DNA from: Planctomycetaceae bacterium
GTDB lineage: Bacteria > Planctomycetota > Planctomycetia > Planctomycetales > Planctomycetaceae
Length of the DNA stretch: 58,858 nt
Assembly: GCA_049790855.1 (NCBI GenBank)
Contig: JBAQZJ010000088.1
Span: 1 to 58,858 of the forward strand
Direction of reading: 5' to 3'
Within the stretch, counting starts at the first letter, position 1; every line of letters starts with the position of its first letter. The notes below the pieces were generated by a model. The model searched no databases, was not told the origin of the DNA, and saw nothing but the letters and a program-made list of their open reading frames with translations. Below, in pieces: positions 43,368-51,209 of this stretch. The translations under genes and the position numbers were made by a program.

Positions 43368-45593
43368 TTACGCAGCGCCCTGACTCTTCACTGCGGCGCG
43401 GATGTCCTGCATCGCGACTCCGAAGTCGAAGAAGCCGCGCCACTGCATGCCGAGCGTGTTGAAGTCGGTCTCGCCGCTCTCGATCGTCGGCACTCGCTTG
43501 CCGCGGAGATAGGCGATCTCGATCGCCGCCACGTCGCCCGGATTGGCCAAGAGGTACCAGGCGGTCGCGCTGTTGCCGGGGAGCGAGCCGACGCTCAGGT
43601 AGGGGGAGCAGACCGGCCGGAACTTCCCGGCGTGGGGGTTGCCCGCCGGTTTCGCCTTGTTGTTTGCCGGGACCTGGTTGAGCGGCAGCTCCTTGAACAG
43701 CTGCTCGGCCGTCACCTTGAGCGCCGTCGGCACGAGGAGGATCGCCGGCTGGACGAGGATCGGTTTCCCCTGGCTGTCGACCCGGTCCAGAAACATCCGC
43801 TCGGCGACGGTCAGTGACTCGATGTCGAGCGCGGTTTCCGCCCCCTCGAAGTAGTTTTTGTTCCCCAGGGAGAAGAACGCATTCGGATTCGACAGCAGCA
43901 GCGTGAACACGACCTCTTCGAGCGCCAGCGCCGACATGCGGCCGATCGCCCGCGGGATCTGCAGGAACGCCCCGAGGTCGTCGTTGATCATCATCTGCCG
44001 GGTCAGGGCGATCATCCGCCCCCAGGTCTCCAGCTGGTTCGTGTAGGACTCCTCCTCGAGCCCCGCATGCTTGAGTTCCCCGTCGGGGCCGACCTTCTGG
44101 AAGATGCCGGCCGCCGTCATCCGGTAGCGCGTCACCTGCTTGAAGTCGTTGACGTCGGTCGCACCCGCGATCTGCGTTGCGACGGCACTGACCGCCTCGT
44201 AGGCGGCGAGCATCGTCTTGGTGGCGACGTTCGAGAGGATCCCCGAGAGGCTCAGCGTCGAGAAGCCGCCCGAGGCCTGGATCAGGCGGTCGTTGGCCGT
44301 GAACGCCGCGCGGATCACGTCGTTGTCGATCCGGCCGGGCCGGACGGAGCCGCCCGAGGCGCGGATCACCTCGTAGAGCAGCATGTGCAGGCCGGCCCCG
44401 CGCAGTTCCCGCGAGACCGCCTGGTTCATGACCCGCTCGTCGTACCAGCGGCCGACGCGCTCCTCCGGCAGGCCCGCCGCGAGACACAGCGCCGCCTCGA
44501 TGCTCGCCGCCTTGCGGCCCGTGCCGTCCTCGCCGTAGACCGGCTGCACCGCGGCGCGCTCGGCGCGGAGTTTTTCCAGTTCGGCACGCGACATGTCCCA
44601 GCCTTCCTCCACGGCGCGGGCCTCGAGCTCGGGAAACTTGCCGGCGTACAGCGCGGCGATGGCGGCGATCCGCTTCCGTTCCTCGGCCCAGGTCTTCCGC
44701 ATCCGATCCACGAAATCGAGCGGCGGCTGCGGCGTCGAATGAGGCTGAAGGCTGGAGGCTGAAGACTGAAGGGTTTTGGACTTCGGCTCCACCGTCGTCG
44801 ATTCCTCGACTGACCTCTCACGAAAGAAGAGCGTTCCTTCCTTCAGCCTCTGGTCTTCAGCCTCCAGCCTCTCCCCGAACAGGGCCCGCAGGCTTGCCGT
44901 CTGCGGCTCGGTGAGCGTCTCCGGCTCGAAGCCCTGGGCCGCGACCCATTCGTCGAAGTGTTCGAAACGTTCGGATTCCATCGGCAGAACCTCGATCGGA
45001 GGAGCAGGGGGCGAAGAACCGGCGGCCATCCGGGCGTCCGTTTGATCGTCCGCCCCCAAGGCCACGAAGCTGACTTCCCGGAGCGTCGACTGCCGGGCGA
45101 CATAGAGGGGACCTGTGAACTTGCGGCCGTTGACCTCGACCGTTTCGCCGCGGTCGACGAACACCATCCGCTGGGCACTCGCCCCGATCGAGGCCTGCCA
45201 GGGAAATCCGTTGTCGCCTGACTCGCTCACTTCGCGGGCGTGTTCGTTCGAGCCGGAGACGACCCCACCCAGCCGGATCGAGGAGCCGTTGATCTCGATC
45301 GTTTCCGTGTGTCCCACGATCCGGCCGCTGTCGTGGTCCCGCAGGATCGGCCGGCTCTTCGAGGGAATCCGCATCCCCGACAAATCGACGACGACCGGGA
45401 AGGGGAAGTTCGCCAACGATAACTTGCCGCCGGTGTAAGCGGTCATCTGGAACCGCCGCAGTTGGCGGGCGTCCGGACCGTCGGGATCGGCGGCTTCCAG
45501 TTGAAAGTCGCTCGTGCCGCCGGCCTCGATGATCCGGAACTCGGCAGGCACAGAGTGTGGTTCAGGCGTCGTCTTTGTCTTCGTTTTCGGCAT
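43368..45593 (-). CDS. Prohead protease - scaffold/delta - major capsid protein fusion ORF
   Basis: N-terminal ~190 aa is HK97-type (U35/S78-like) prohead protease (RPILRDHDSGRIVGHTE...SIGA...). Linker and ERKRIAAIAALYAGKFPELEARAVEEGW segment. C-terminal ~400 aa is HK97-fold MCP-like. An internal Met (MRKTW, nt 44702) could also initiate a separate capsid protein. Confidence 0.75.
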   Translation of the reverse strand: MPKTKTKTTPEPHSVPAEFRIIEAGGTSDFQLEAADPDGPDARQLRRFQMTAYTGGKLSLANFPFPVVVDLSGMRIPSKSRPILRDHDSGRIVGHTETIEINGSSIRLGGVVSGSNEHAREVSESGDNGFPWQASIGASAQRMVFVDRGETVEVNGRKFTGPLYVARQSTLREVSFVALGADDQTDARMAAGSSPPAPPIEVLPMESERFEHFDEWVAAQGFEPETLTEPQTASLRALFGERLEAEDQRLKEGTLFFRERSVEESTTVEPKSKTLQSSASSLQPHSTPQPPLDFVDRMRKTWAEERKRIAAIAALYAGKFPELEARAVEEGWDMSRAELEKLRAERAAVQPVYGEDGTGRKAASIEAALCLAAGLPEERVGRWYDERVMNQAVSRELRGAGLHMLLYEVIRASGGSVRPGRIDNDVIRAAFTANDRLIQASGGFSTLSLSGILSNVATKTMLAAYEAVSAVATQIAGATDVNDFKQVTRYRMTAAGIFQKVGPDGELKHAGLEEESYTNQLETWGRMIALTRQMMINDDLGAFLQIPRAIGRMSALALEEVVFTLLLSNPNAFFSLGNKNYFEGAETALDIESLTVAERMFLDRVDSQGKPILVQPAILLVPTALKVTAEQLFKELPLNQVPANNKAKPAGNPHAGKFRPVCSPYLSVGSLPGNSATAWYLLANPGDVAAIEIAYLRGKRVPTIESGETDFNTLGMQWRGFFDFGVAMQDIRAAVKSQGAA
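44741..44872. repeat. Inverted pair of (R)AGGCTG heptamer arrays embedded in-frame in the protease-MCP linker
   Basis: Left arm gaggctgaaggctggaggctgaagactgaagg (44741-44772) and right arm ccttcagcctctggtcttcagcctccagcctc (44841-44872), separated by a 68-nt spacer. They encode ...LEAEDQRLKEG... and ...LQSSASSLQPHS... Confidence 0.8.
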
Positions 45594-47028
45594 CCGGCTC
45601 CTCGTCGTGGCGTTGATCCGCTGCTGGCGCAGGACCTGTCAGTCCCAGTTCGCTCATCAGCGCGAGCTCCTTGGCCCGCTGGCGCAATTGCGTTTCCCAG
45701 TCAAGACCGCGGCGGGCATACTCGTCCGCATAGGTCGTCGTGTGGTTCGCCAGCCGCAGCGCCTGGGCGCTCGATTCCTTGAGCGGATCGACATGCTCGT
45801 GGCCGTCGAAGAACCAGGTGTGCGGCGGCAGCTCGCCCCTGTTCCGCGCGGCGCCGGCGAGCAGTCCGGGAATCAGCGCCGCTTCGGCGAGCCAGGCCGC
45901 GAAGATCCGGTCGAGCACGACCGATTCGAGCTGCGCCTGCTCGACGCGGATCGCCTTGAAATACATCTGGTGGTCGAGCCGGCCGGAGGCGTAGTTGTAG
46001 CCCGAGGAGTTGCCGGCCGAGATCGCAAAGGGCATGTTCAGGCAGCGAGCGATCTCGTTGAGGATCTCGCGCTTGAACTCCCCGTAAGTCGTCGTCGGTT
46101 GCGAGGCCTCGAGCTGGCTCATCTTCCAGCCGCCCGGCATCGTCATCAGCATTCCGCGCTCAAGCTCGATGAGGTCCATCGGCTCGACCGATTCCGCCTC
46201 GCCGTTCGCCGGCGCGTCGGTGTAGAGCACGCCGCCCGGCAGCGCCGCAATCTCGGCGGCGGTGATCACCGCCAGCGTGTAGCGCCGCAGGTGCGCGAAC
46301 AGCGGCAGCGCGGGCGTGATGTCCGGGACACCTCGCGCCTGGCCCGCCCGGTCCTGGCGGAAGTAATGGATCACGAGGCGGGCCGGGAGGCGGACGTAGT
46401 CGCCGAAAGGTCCGCCGGCCGGTTCGCCGGGATGCTGCTTGAGAACGTGGTATTCGAGCGGGTTGCCGAAGCGGTCGAAGACGATCCCGTCGATGGCGTT
46501 CGGTTCGAGGCCGAAGAGGTCGGGCGTCGTGACCTGATCCGCTTCGATCAGTCGCAAGTCGAGCTGCACGGGCGTCGGCAGGGTCGGGTTGGTGATCAGC
46601 GTCGCGAATCCCTCACCGTCGGACGCCCGCGCCATCCGCAGCGTCCGCAGTTTCTCCGGGAGGCCCACGCTGCGGGACCAGGTCATCCACTCCTGTTCGA
46701 TCCGCCGGTTGAGCGGATCGTGTTCCGTCAGCAGCTGCAGCCGGGGTCCGGTGCCGATGACATCGTTCGCCAGCGTCAGCACGATCCCGCGGGCGTAGCT
46801 GTTGTTGGCGACCTCGTATCGAGCGCGGTTCCGCAGCAGCCGGCGGATCTCCGGGCTGTTCGCGGCGTTCGCCGAGAGGTTGTCGGCGTTCGCCCAGTGC
46901 CGGCGGTTTTCATCGCTGGTGACCGCCGCGTCGTAGCGGGCGCGGATCAGCCGCAGCGCCTGCACGACCGCCGGCGACGGACCTGCCGGCCGCGGCGTCG
47001 GCAAAAGCGTCTTGAGCCACGCCAGCAC
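45562..47028 (-). CDS. Portal protein, lambda (gpB) family
   Basis: ...NRRHWANADNLSANAANSPEIRRLLRNRARYEVANNSYARGIVLTLANDVIGTGPRLQ... fits the lambda-family portal. A GTG start at 47028 is proposed (GGGAG upstream, 2 nt after the W-like stop). The track ORF extends to 47478 through Arg-rich non-protein-like sequence, so the start is uncertain. Confidence 0.8.
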   Translation of the reverse strand: MLAWLKTLLPTPRPAGPSPAVVQALRLIRARYDAAVTSDENRRHWANADNLSANAANSPEIRRLLRNRARYEVANNSYARGIVLTLANDVIGTGPRLQLLTEHDPLNRRIEQEWMTWSRSVGLPEKLRTLRMARASDGEGFATLITNPTLPTPVQLDLRLIEADQVTTPDLFGLEPNAIDGIVFDRFGNPLEYHVLKQHPGEPAGGPFGDYVRLPARLVIHYFRQDRAGQARGVPDITPALPLFAHLRRYTLAVITAAEIAALPGGVLYTDAPANGEAESVEPMDLIELERGMLMTMPGGWKMSQLEASQPTTTYGEFKREILNEIARCLNMPFAISAGNSSGYNYASGRLDHQMYFKAIRVEQAQLESVVLDRIFAAWLAEAALIPGLLAGAARNRGELPPHTWFFDGHEHVDPLKESSAQALRLANHTTTYADEYARRGLDWETQLRQRAKELALMSELGLTGPAPAADQRHDEEPDAENEDKDDA

Positions 47029-47033
47029 CGTCA

Positions 47034-47237
47034 GGAGGCTCCCGGTGGAGCGAGTTTCGTGAACCGCAGCCCGCGGGCTTTGGATGCGGCGGCCTGCTTC
47101 GAGGCGAGATAGCGATCCACCTCGATCTGATCCTTGAGGGAATGCTGTTTGACGCTGCCCGAATCGCCGCTCGCTTCGGCCGGTCCCTGGGCGTTTTCGC
47201 GAATCGCCTGGTCGAGGCTGGCGTCGGCGGTCGGCAG
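47034..47237 (-). CDS. gpW-like small head-tail joining protein (no canonical start codon; absent from the ORF track)
   Basis: 69-codon open frame (47034-47240) with strong GC3 bias: TLPTADASLDQAIRENAQGPAEASGDSGSVKQHSLKDQIEVDRYLASKQAAASKARGLRFTKLAPPGAS. Its stop is at 47031-47033, just before the portal start. The only early start candidate is CTG at 47235-47237, with AGGGGGA 7 nt upstream. Confidence 0.55.
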
Positions 47238-47362
47238 TGTTCAGTCCCCCTACTGTTAGGCTTTCCGATTCGGGGGCAATCGGGCGGTGACGTTCCGAAA
47301 AGATTCCGGGTTGCCGCCGAAGCCGATCACGACGCCTGACGCTGGCACCGGCCAAACCGCGC

Positions 47363-47391
47363 TTGTGCGGACATCTTTCGTCCGGTAAGAT
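47363..47391 (+). promoter_or_regulatory. Sigma-70-like promoter candidate for the plus-strand cassette
   Basis: TTGTGC (47363-47368), a 17-nt spacer, then TAAGAT (47386-47391). Followed by AAGGAG (47404-47409) and GTG at 47417. Confidence 0.35.
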
Positions 47392-47416
47392 TTCGTTACC
47401 ACAAAGGAGCTTGGCC

Positions 47417-47707
47417 GTGCAAAACGATTCCGTCCGTTCGACTGTCCTCTGCTGCCTGAAGAGGTTTCTCGAATCCACAGGGCGACAGGCGGCAGAGCTG
47501 CACCCCGGTGCTCACCTCATGCAGGATCTGGGACTCTCCAGCGACGAGGGGGTGGATCTCGTCCTGGATCTCTGCGAAGCCCTGCATTGCGAACTGCCGC
47601 ACGATTTCAACCCTTGCGTTCACGAATCCGAGCAGCGGGACCGTCAAATCTCCGAATTGGTCGAGCGGGTCGAGCATCTCGTCGCGAGCGCAGGGACCGC
47701 AGCATGA
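47417..47707 (+). CDS. Acyl/peptidyl-carrier-protein-like small protein
   Basis: LMQDLGLSSDEGVDLVLDLCEALHCELP aligns by eye with E. coli ACP [28 protein letters not shown], with a Ser at the phosphopantetheine position. GTG start with an AAGGAG SD. The ATGA overlap at 47704-47707 couples it to the XRE gene. Confidence 0.45.
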   Translation: MQNDSVRSTVLCCLKRFLESTGRQAAELHPGAHLMQDLGLSSDEGVDLVLDLCEALHCELPHDFNPCVHESEQRDRQISELVERVEHLVASAGTAA

Positions 47708-48060
47708 ACTCCCCATCGACGCATCCCGCCGCAATCGGACAGCGACTGCGCTGGGCCCGCGAGCAAGCGGGCCTGTCGCAGGGGCAGGTCGCCCGCATGC
47801 TGGAATACCATCGACCGACCATCTCTCAGATCGAGGCCGGGAAGCGGATCGTCCGCCCGGACGAGATCGAGCGATTTGCCGACATCTACGGCGTGAAGGC
47901 GGTCTGGATCCTGCGCGGCGACGCGGCCTTTGCGGAAGAACAGGATCCGCGGATTGAACTGGCGGCGCGGGAGCTCTCGAAACTGCGTCGCGAGGATCTC
48001 GACGCCATCCTGCGGTTGATCAAAATCATGCGCACCGAGGAGAGCGACACGTATGGGTGA
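47704..48060 (+). CDS. XRE-family HTH transcriptional regulator
   Basis: IGQRLRWAREQAGLSQGQVARMLEYHRPTISQIEAGKRIVRPDEIERFADIYGV is a canonical HTH_3 domain. Helical C-terminal tail. Confidence 0.85.
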   Translation: MNSPSTHPAAIGQRLRWAREQAGLSQGQVARMLEYHRPTISQIEAGKRIVRPDEIERFADIYGVKAVWILRGDAAFAEEQDPRIELAARELSKLRREDLDAILRLIKIMRTEESDTYG

Positions 48061-48922
48061 TCGGACCTCCTTGGGGCGGATCGCGATGCGAAGTGCGCTG
48101 CAGCTGCGGCGGATGCTATCCGTTTCTCGCGAAGCCCCCGTCAACGTCTATGACGTGGCCCTTGCCCTCGGTGTCGAAGTCCAGTTCGTCGACCACCCAT
48201 CGCTGGAAGGGATGTTCTATCGCGGACCGAATCCGAAAATCCTGCTCCCGTCGTGGCGGCATCGGCCGAAGGGACGCATCGCCTTCTCGTGCGCCCACGA
48301 ACTGGGTCATTTTCAATTGGGGCACGGCACTCACGTCGACGAGTATCTCGACGATTCGCAAGGACGGGGACCAAAGTCTGACGCGGAGTTTGCAGCGGAT
48401 ACCTTCGCCGCGAGTCTGCTGATGCCGCGTCAAGCCGTCGTTGAGCGGTTCGTGCGGCGGCACTGGGACGTATCCCTCGCGAGCCCGACGCAGTTATTCA
48501 TCGTGGCCGGAGAGCTCGGCGTCGGCTACACGACATTGCTGCAGCACATGTGCTACGGCCTCGAACTGGTAACCGATGGTTGGCTGAAGGATCGTCTCAA
48601 AGCGAGTTCCAAAGAGATTCGGCAGGCCGTCACGGGAGTGTGCAACCCGCCGCGGACCATCGTGATTGACGAGGAATGGTCCGGGAGCCCGATCGACCTG
48701 GAGGTCGGCGATGCCGTCGCTCATCTTCCCGGCCTGACGGTCGCTGGTGGAGACGTCATCGAAAGGGCAGGTGGTGTGGGAGACTACGCAATCTGGCTCG
48801 GTCGTCGCGCCGGAGAATCAAACCTCGAGATCAACGGCCGAAGACACCGCGTCCGGGTTGCCCGAACGGGCTATTGTGGACTGCTCAAGTACCGATTCCT
48901 CGACGATCCGGACGAAGCATGA
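48053..48922 (+). CDS. ImmA/IrrE-family (COG2856, M78) zinc metallopeptidase with an extra C-terminal domain
   Basis: SCAHELGHFQLGH (HExxH) and EFAADTFAASLLMP motifs. About 100 aa of unassigned C-terminal domain. 8-nt overlap with the XRE gene. Confidence 0.85.
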   Translation: MGDRTSLGRIAMRSALQLRRMLSVSREAPVNVYDVALALGVEVQFVDHPSLEGMFYRGPNPKILLPSWRHRPKGRIAFSCAHELGHFQLGHGTHVDEYLDDSQGRGPKSDAEFAADTFAASLLMPRQAVVERFVRRHWDVSLASPTQLFIVAGELGVGYTTLLQHMCYGLELVTDGWLKDRLKASSKEIRQAVTGVCNPPRTIVIDEEWSGSPIDLEVGDAVAHLPGLTVAGGDVIERAGGVGDYAIWLGRRAGESNLEINGRRHRVRVARTGYCGLLKYRFLDDPDEA

Positions 48923-49737
48923 CTCTCGCGGGCCCCTTGGTGATCGAATCAACCTGTCTTTCCCACGCTTGGGGAAAGGCCTTCCTGCATGCCTTCGATA
49001 CTCCCCGGCGCGGACTGTGTCCGCTGCTGCTCTCTGTCGACGGGCTGTTGAATCAGCCGCCGACGGAAGACCCGGTATTGCGTGCGAGGGTGGACGCGGT
49101 CCTCGCCGAGCACGGAATGAATAGTGTTCGCGTCTCTGGGCTGATGATTTTTCCTTACGAGATCTGGGTTCGCCGCGGCCGACCGCCTTGTGGCGCGTTT
49201 ACCAATTTCTGTGTCGACCAACTGGCGCCTCGCCTGAAGGCACTCGATCGACGCAATGGGTATGGCACCTACTTCGAACGCATGATGCGATTTACTGGGC
49301 TTCGCAAGGGCCGCCCGCACACGGTCGATCAACTCGAGTTCGTGATCCGCTTGTTGAAGCGGTCGCGGAGGTCCAGACACTCCGCGCTGCAGATCGCGTG
49401 TTTCGATCCGGCCAAGGATCACACGGGACAGGCCGTCCGCGGCTTCCCCTGTCTGCAGCAGGTCAGCATTGCCCAGGACGATCAGCGCCGTCTGGCGATC
49501 AACGCCTACTACCCGACACAGTACATCTTCGATCGGGCTTACGGGAACTACCTGGGCCTCTGCCATCTCGGTCAATTCCTGGCTCACGAGACCAATTCAA
49601 CCTTCGTGCGGCTCAGCTGCTACGTCGGCCAACCGATCCTGGGAAACGTCTCGAAGCGCGATGTGCGATCGCTGGCCGAGTTCGTGCGAACAAGAATCGA
49701 CGGTGACGCCGGAGGAAAATCCGACAATGGCGACTGA
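48919..49737 (+). CDS. Thymidylate-synthase-fold (ThyA/dCMP-hydroxymethylase superfamily-like) protein, divergent
   Basis: TVDQLEFVIRLLKRSRRSR...GFPCLQQVSIAQDDQRRLAINAYYPTQYIFDRAYGNYLGLCHLGQFLA parallels ThyA HIDQITTVLNQLKNDPDSRR...[46 protein letters not shown]. ATGA overlap with immA-like at 48919-48922. Confidence 0.55.
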   Translation: MTLAGPLVIESTCLSHAWGKAFLHAFDTPRRGLCPLLLSVDGLLNQPPTEDPVLRARVDAVLAEHGMNSVRVSGLMIFPYEIWVRRGRPPCGAFTNFCVDQLAPRLKALDRRNGYGTYFERMMRFTGLRKGRPHTVDQLEFVIRLLKRSRRSRHSALQIACFDPAKDHTGQAVRGFPCLQQVSIAQDDQRRLAINAYYPTQYIFDRAYGNYLGLCHLGQFLAHETNSTFVRLSCYVGQPILGNVSKRDVRSLAEFVRTRIDGDAGGKSDNGD

Positions 49738-50644
49738 ATTGACTCTGCGCGAGTATCAGCGGGAGGCCGCACGAACCGATCAAATGTCTGGGAGTGACTT
49801 AACAGCGATGATGGTGCCGCTCCTGGGATTAGCAGGTGAAGCCGGTTCCCTGTTGACCGAATATAAGAAGTGGTTGCGCGAAGGGGACCGATACAAGCCG
49901 TTCACCGACCAGGTCGCGGAAGAAATCGGCGACATGTTGTGGTATCTCGCGAACATCGCCGCGAAGGCCGGCTTGGACCTGCAGGAGGTCGCGGAAGAGA
50001 ACCTGGCCAAGCTGCACGACCGCTGGGCCCTGGCGGATCGATCGGGATCAGCCCTCTTCGTCCAGGGACACTACGACGAACATTTCCCGGAGACGGAGCG
50101 GCTGCCGCTCCGCATGCGCGTCGAGTTCCGCGAAGGCGTGATTGACGGCGCATCCAAGCTGGTGATCACCTGCGACGGGAAGCCCTTCGGCCATCCGCTC
50201 ACCGACAATTCACATATCGAGGACGGCTATCGCTACCACGATGTGTTTCACGTCGCCTGTGCCATCCTGTTGGGCTGGTCACCGATCGTCCGCAAGTTCT
50301 TGAAGGTGAAACGGAAGTCCGTTCCCCAGATCGATGAAGTCGAGGACGGGGCGCGCGCCGCGGCGATCGAAGAGGCGATCTCGGCGTTCACGTTCGGAGC
50401 GGCTCGAGACTACTCGTTCTTCGACGGCTCCGATGCCGTCGAGTTCGGGATTCTTCGCACGATTCGCGTCATGACGCGATCCCTCGAGGTCCGCGACCGG
50501 AGTCTGCGAGATTGGGAAGACGTCATTCTCAAGACTTACGCAGTCTGGCGACAGCTCGTCGAGAAACGCGGCGGCGTGGTCGTCGGTGACGCTGCGACGA
50601 GAACGCTGCGCTATGAGCCACTCGCGCCCGTTCCGAAGGACTGA
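49727..50644 (+). CDS. MazG-like nucleoside-triphosphate pyrophosphohydrolase domain plus ~190-aa C-terminal domain
   Basis: LTLREYQREAARTD...LLGLAGEAGSLLTEYKKW...EEIGDMLWYLANIAAKAGLDL is the all-alpha MazG/EExxE pattern. The C-terminal half (YRYHDVFHVA...DGARAAAIEEAISAF) may be a second degenerate MazG-like repeat. 11-nt overlap with the upstream gene. Confidence 0.7.
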   Translation: MATELTLREYQREAARTDQMSGSDLTAMMVPLLGLAGEAGSLLTEYKKWLREGDRYKPFTDQVAEEIGDMLWYLANIAAKAGLDLQEVAEENLAKLHDRWALADRSGSALFVQGHYDEHFPETERLPLRMRVEFREGVIDGASKLVITCDGKPFGHPLTDNSHIEDGYRYHDVFHVACAILLGWSPIVRKFLKVKRKSVPQIDEVEDGARAAAIEEAISAFTFGAARDYSFFDGSDAVEFGILRTIRVMTRSLEVRDRSLRDWEDVILKTYAVWRQLVEKRGGVVVGDAATRTLRYEPLAPVPKD

Positions 50645-50648
50645 GGTC

Positions 50649-51209
50649 TCACGCGGCCTGTCGGCGCCGTCGTTTCGGATGGAACCGCTGCAAGGGCGTC
50701 TTGGCGGAGAGATAGAGCGGGTGACGCGGACAGCCGGCCTTCGTGACGCCGAGACAATGGACGTCATCCAAGCCCGCCAAGACGGCTGCGTCTCGGCTGA
50801 ACAGCGCGCCGTGATTACCCCAGGCAGCGACGATGCGATCCGCCCGCACTTGTTCGACGGCGATCCAACGGTCGTTGTCGGGACCAATGGGATCGTCGAC
50901 GTCGCTCAACGCCGACGGATCAGTGGTCCGGTAGGCGAACAGGTTGACGAGCGTCAGTGATCCGAATCCCCAACGCTCGGCAAATCCGAGGCAGCGACGA
51001 ACCGTGGGATCGTCGCGCTGGTCGTCCGCCGTGGATGGATTCAGGCCGATGAACAGGATCCGCGGAAGGGAGCGGCTCCACGTGCGCGACAACGTGTACC
51101 GGTACGTCTGGCAAGGCGATAAGCGGGCTGATCTTCGCATCCGTGCTTCCAGTCCGTGAGCGTTCTTCGTTGACGTGGATCGAAGTCGTGATGTTGTATC
51201 GTGTTTCAT
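50649..51209 (-). CDS. DUF1643-family protein
   Basis: ...LSPCQTYRYTLSRTWS...ILFIGLNPSTADDQRDDPTVRRCLGFAERWGFGSLTLVNLFAYR...AWG... matches the DUF1643 pattern. Start uncertain (51209 or 51140). Co-directional with terL. Confidence 0.7.
   Translation of the reverse strand: MKHDTTSRLRSTSTKNAHGLEARMRRSARLSPCQTYRYTLSRTWSRSLPRILFIGLNPSTADDQRDDPTVRRCLGFAERWGFGSLTLVNLFAYRTTDPSALSDVDDPIGPDNDRWIAVEQVRADRIVAAWGNHGALFSRDAAVLAGLDDVHCLGVTKAGCPRHPLYLSAKTPLQRFHPKRRRRQAA

Noticed and set aside
45514-47112. 532-aa plus-strand ORF
   Set aside because: It is antisense to the lambda-family portal gene and has no motifs, so it is a shadow ORF.
47029-47478. N-terminal 150-aa extension of the portal ORF in the track
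   Set aside because: The translation is Arg-rich and not protein-like. It overlaps the better-supported W-like frame and the divergent cassette promoter. Portal homology begins near 47028.
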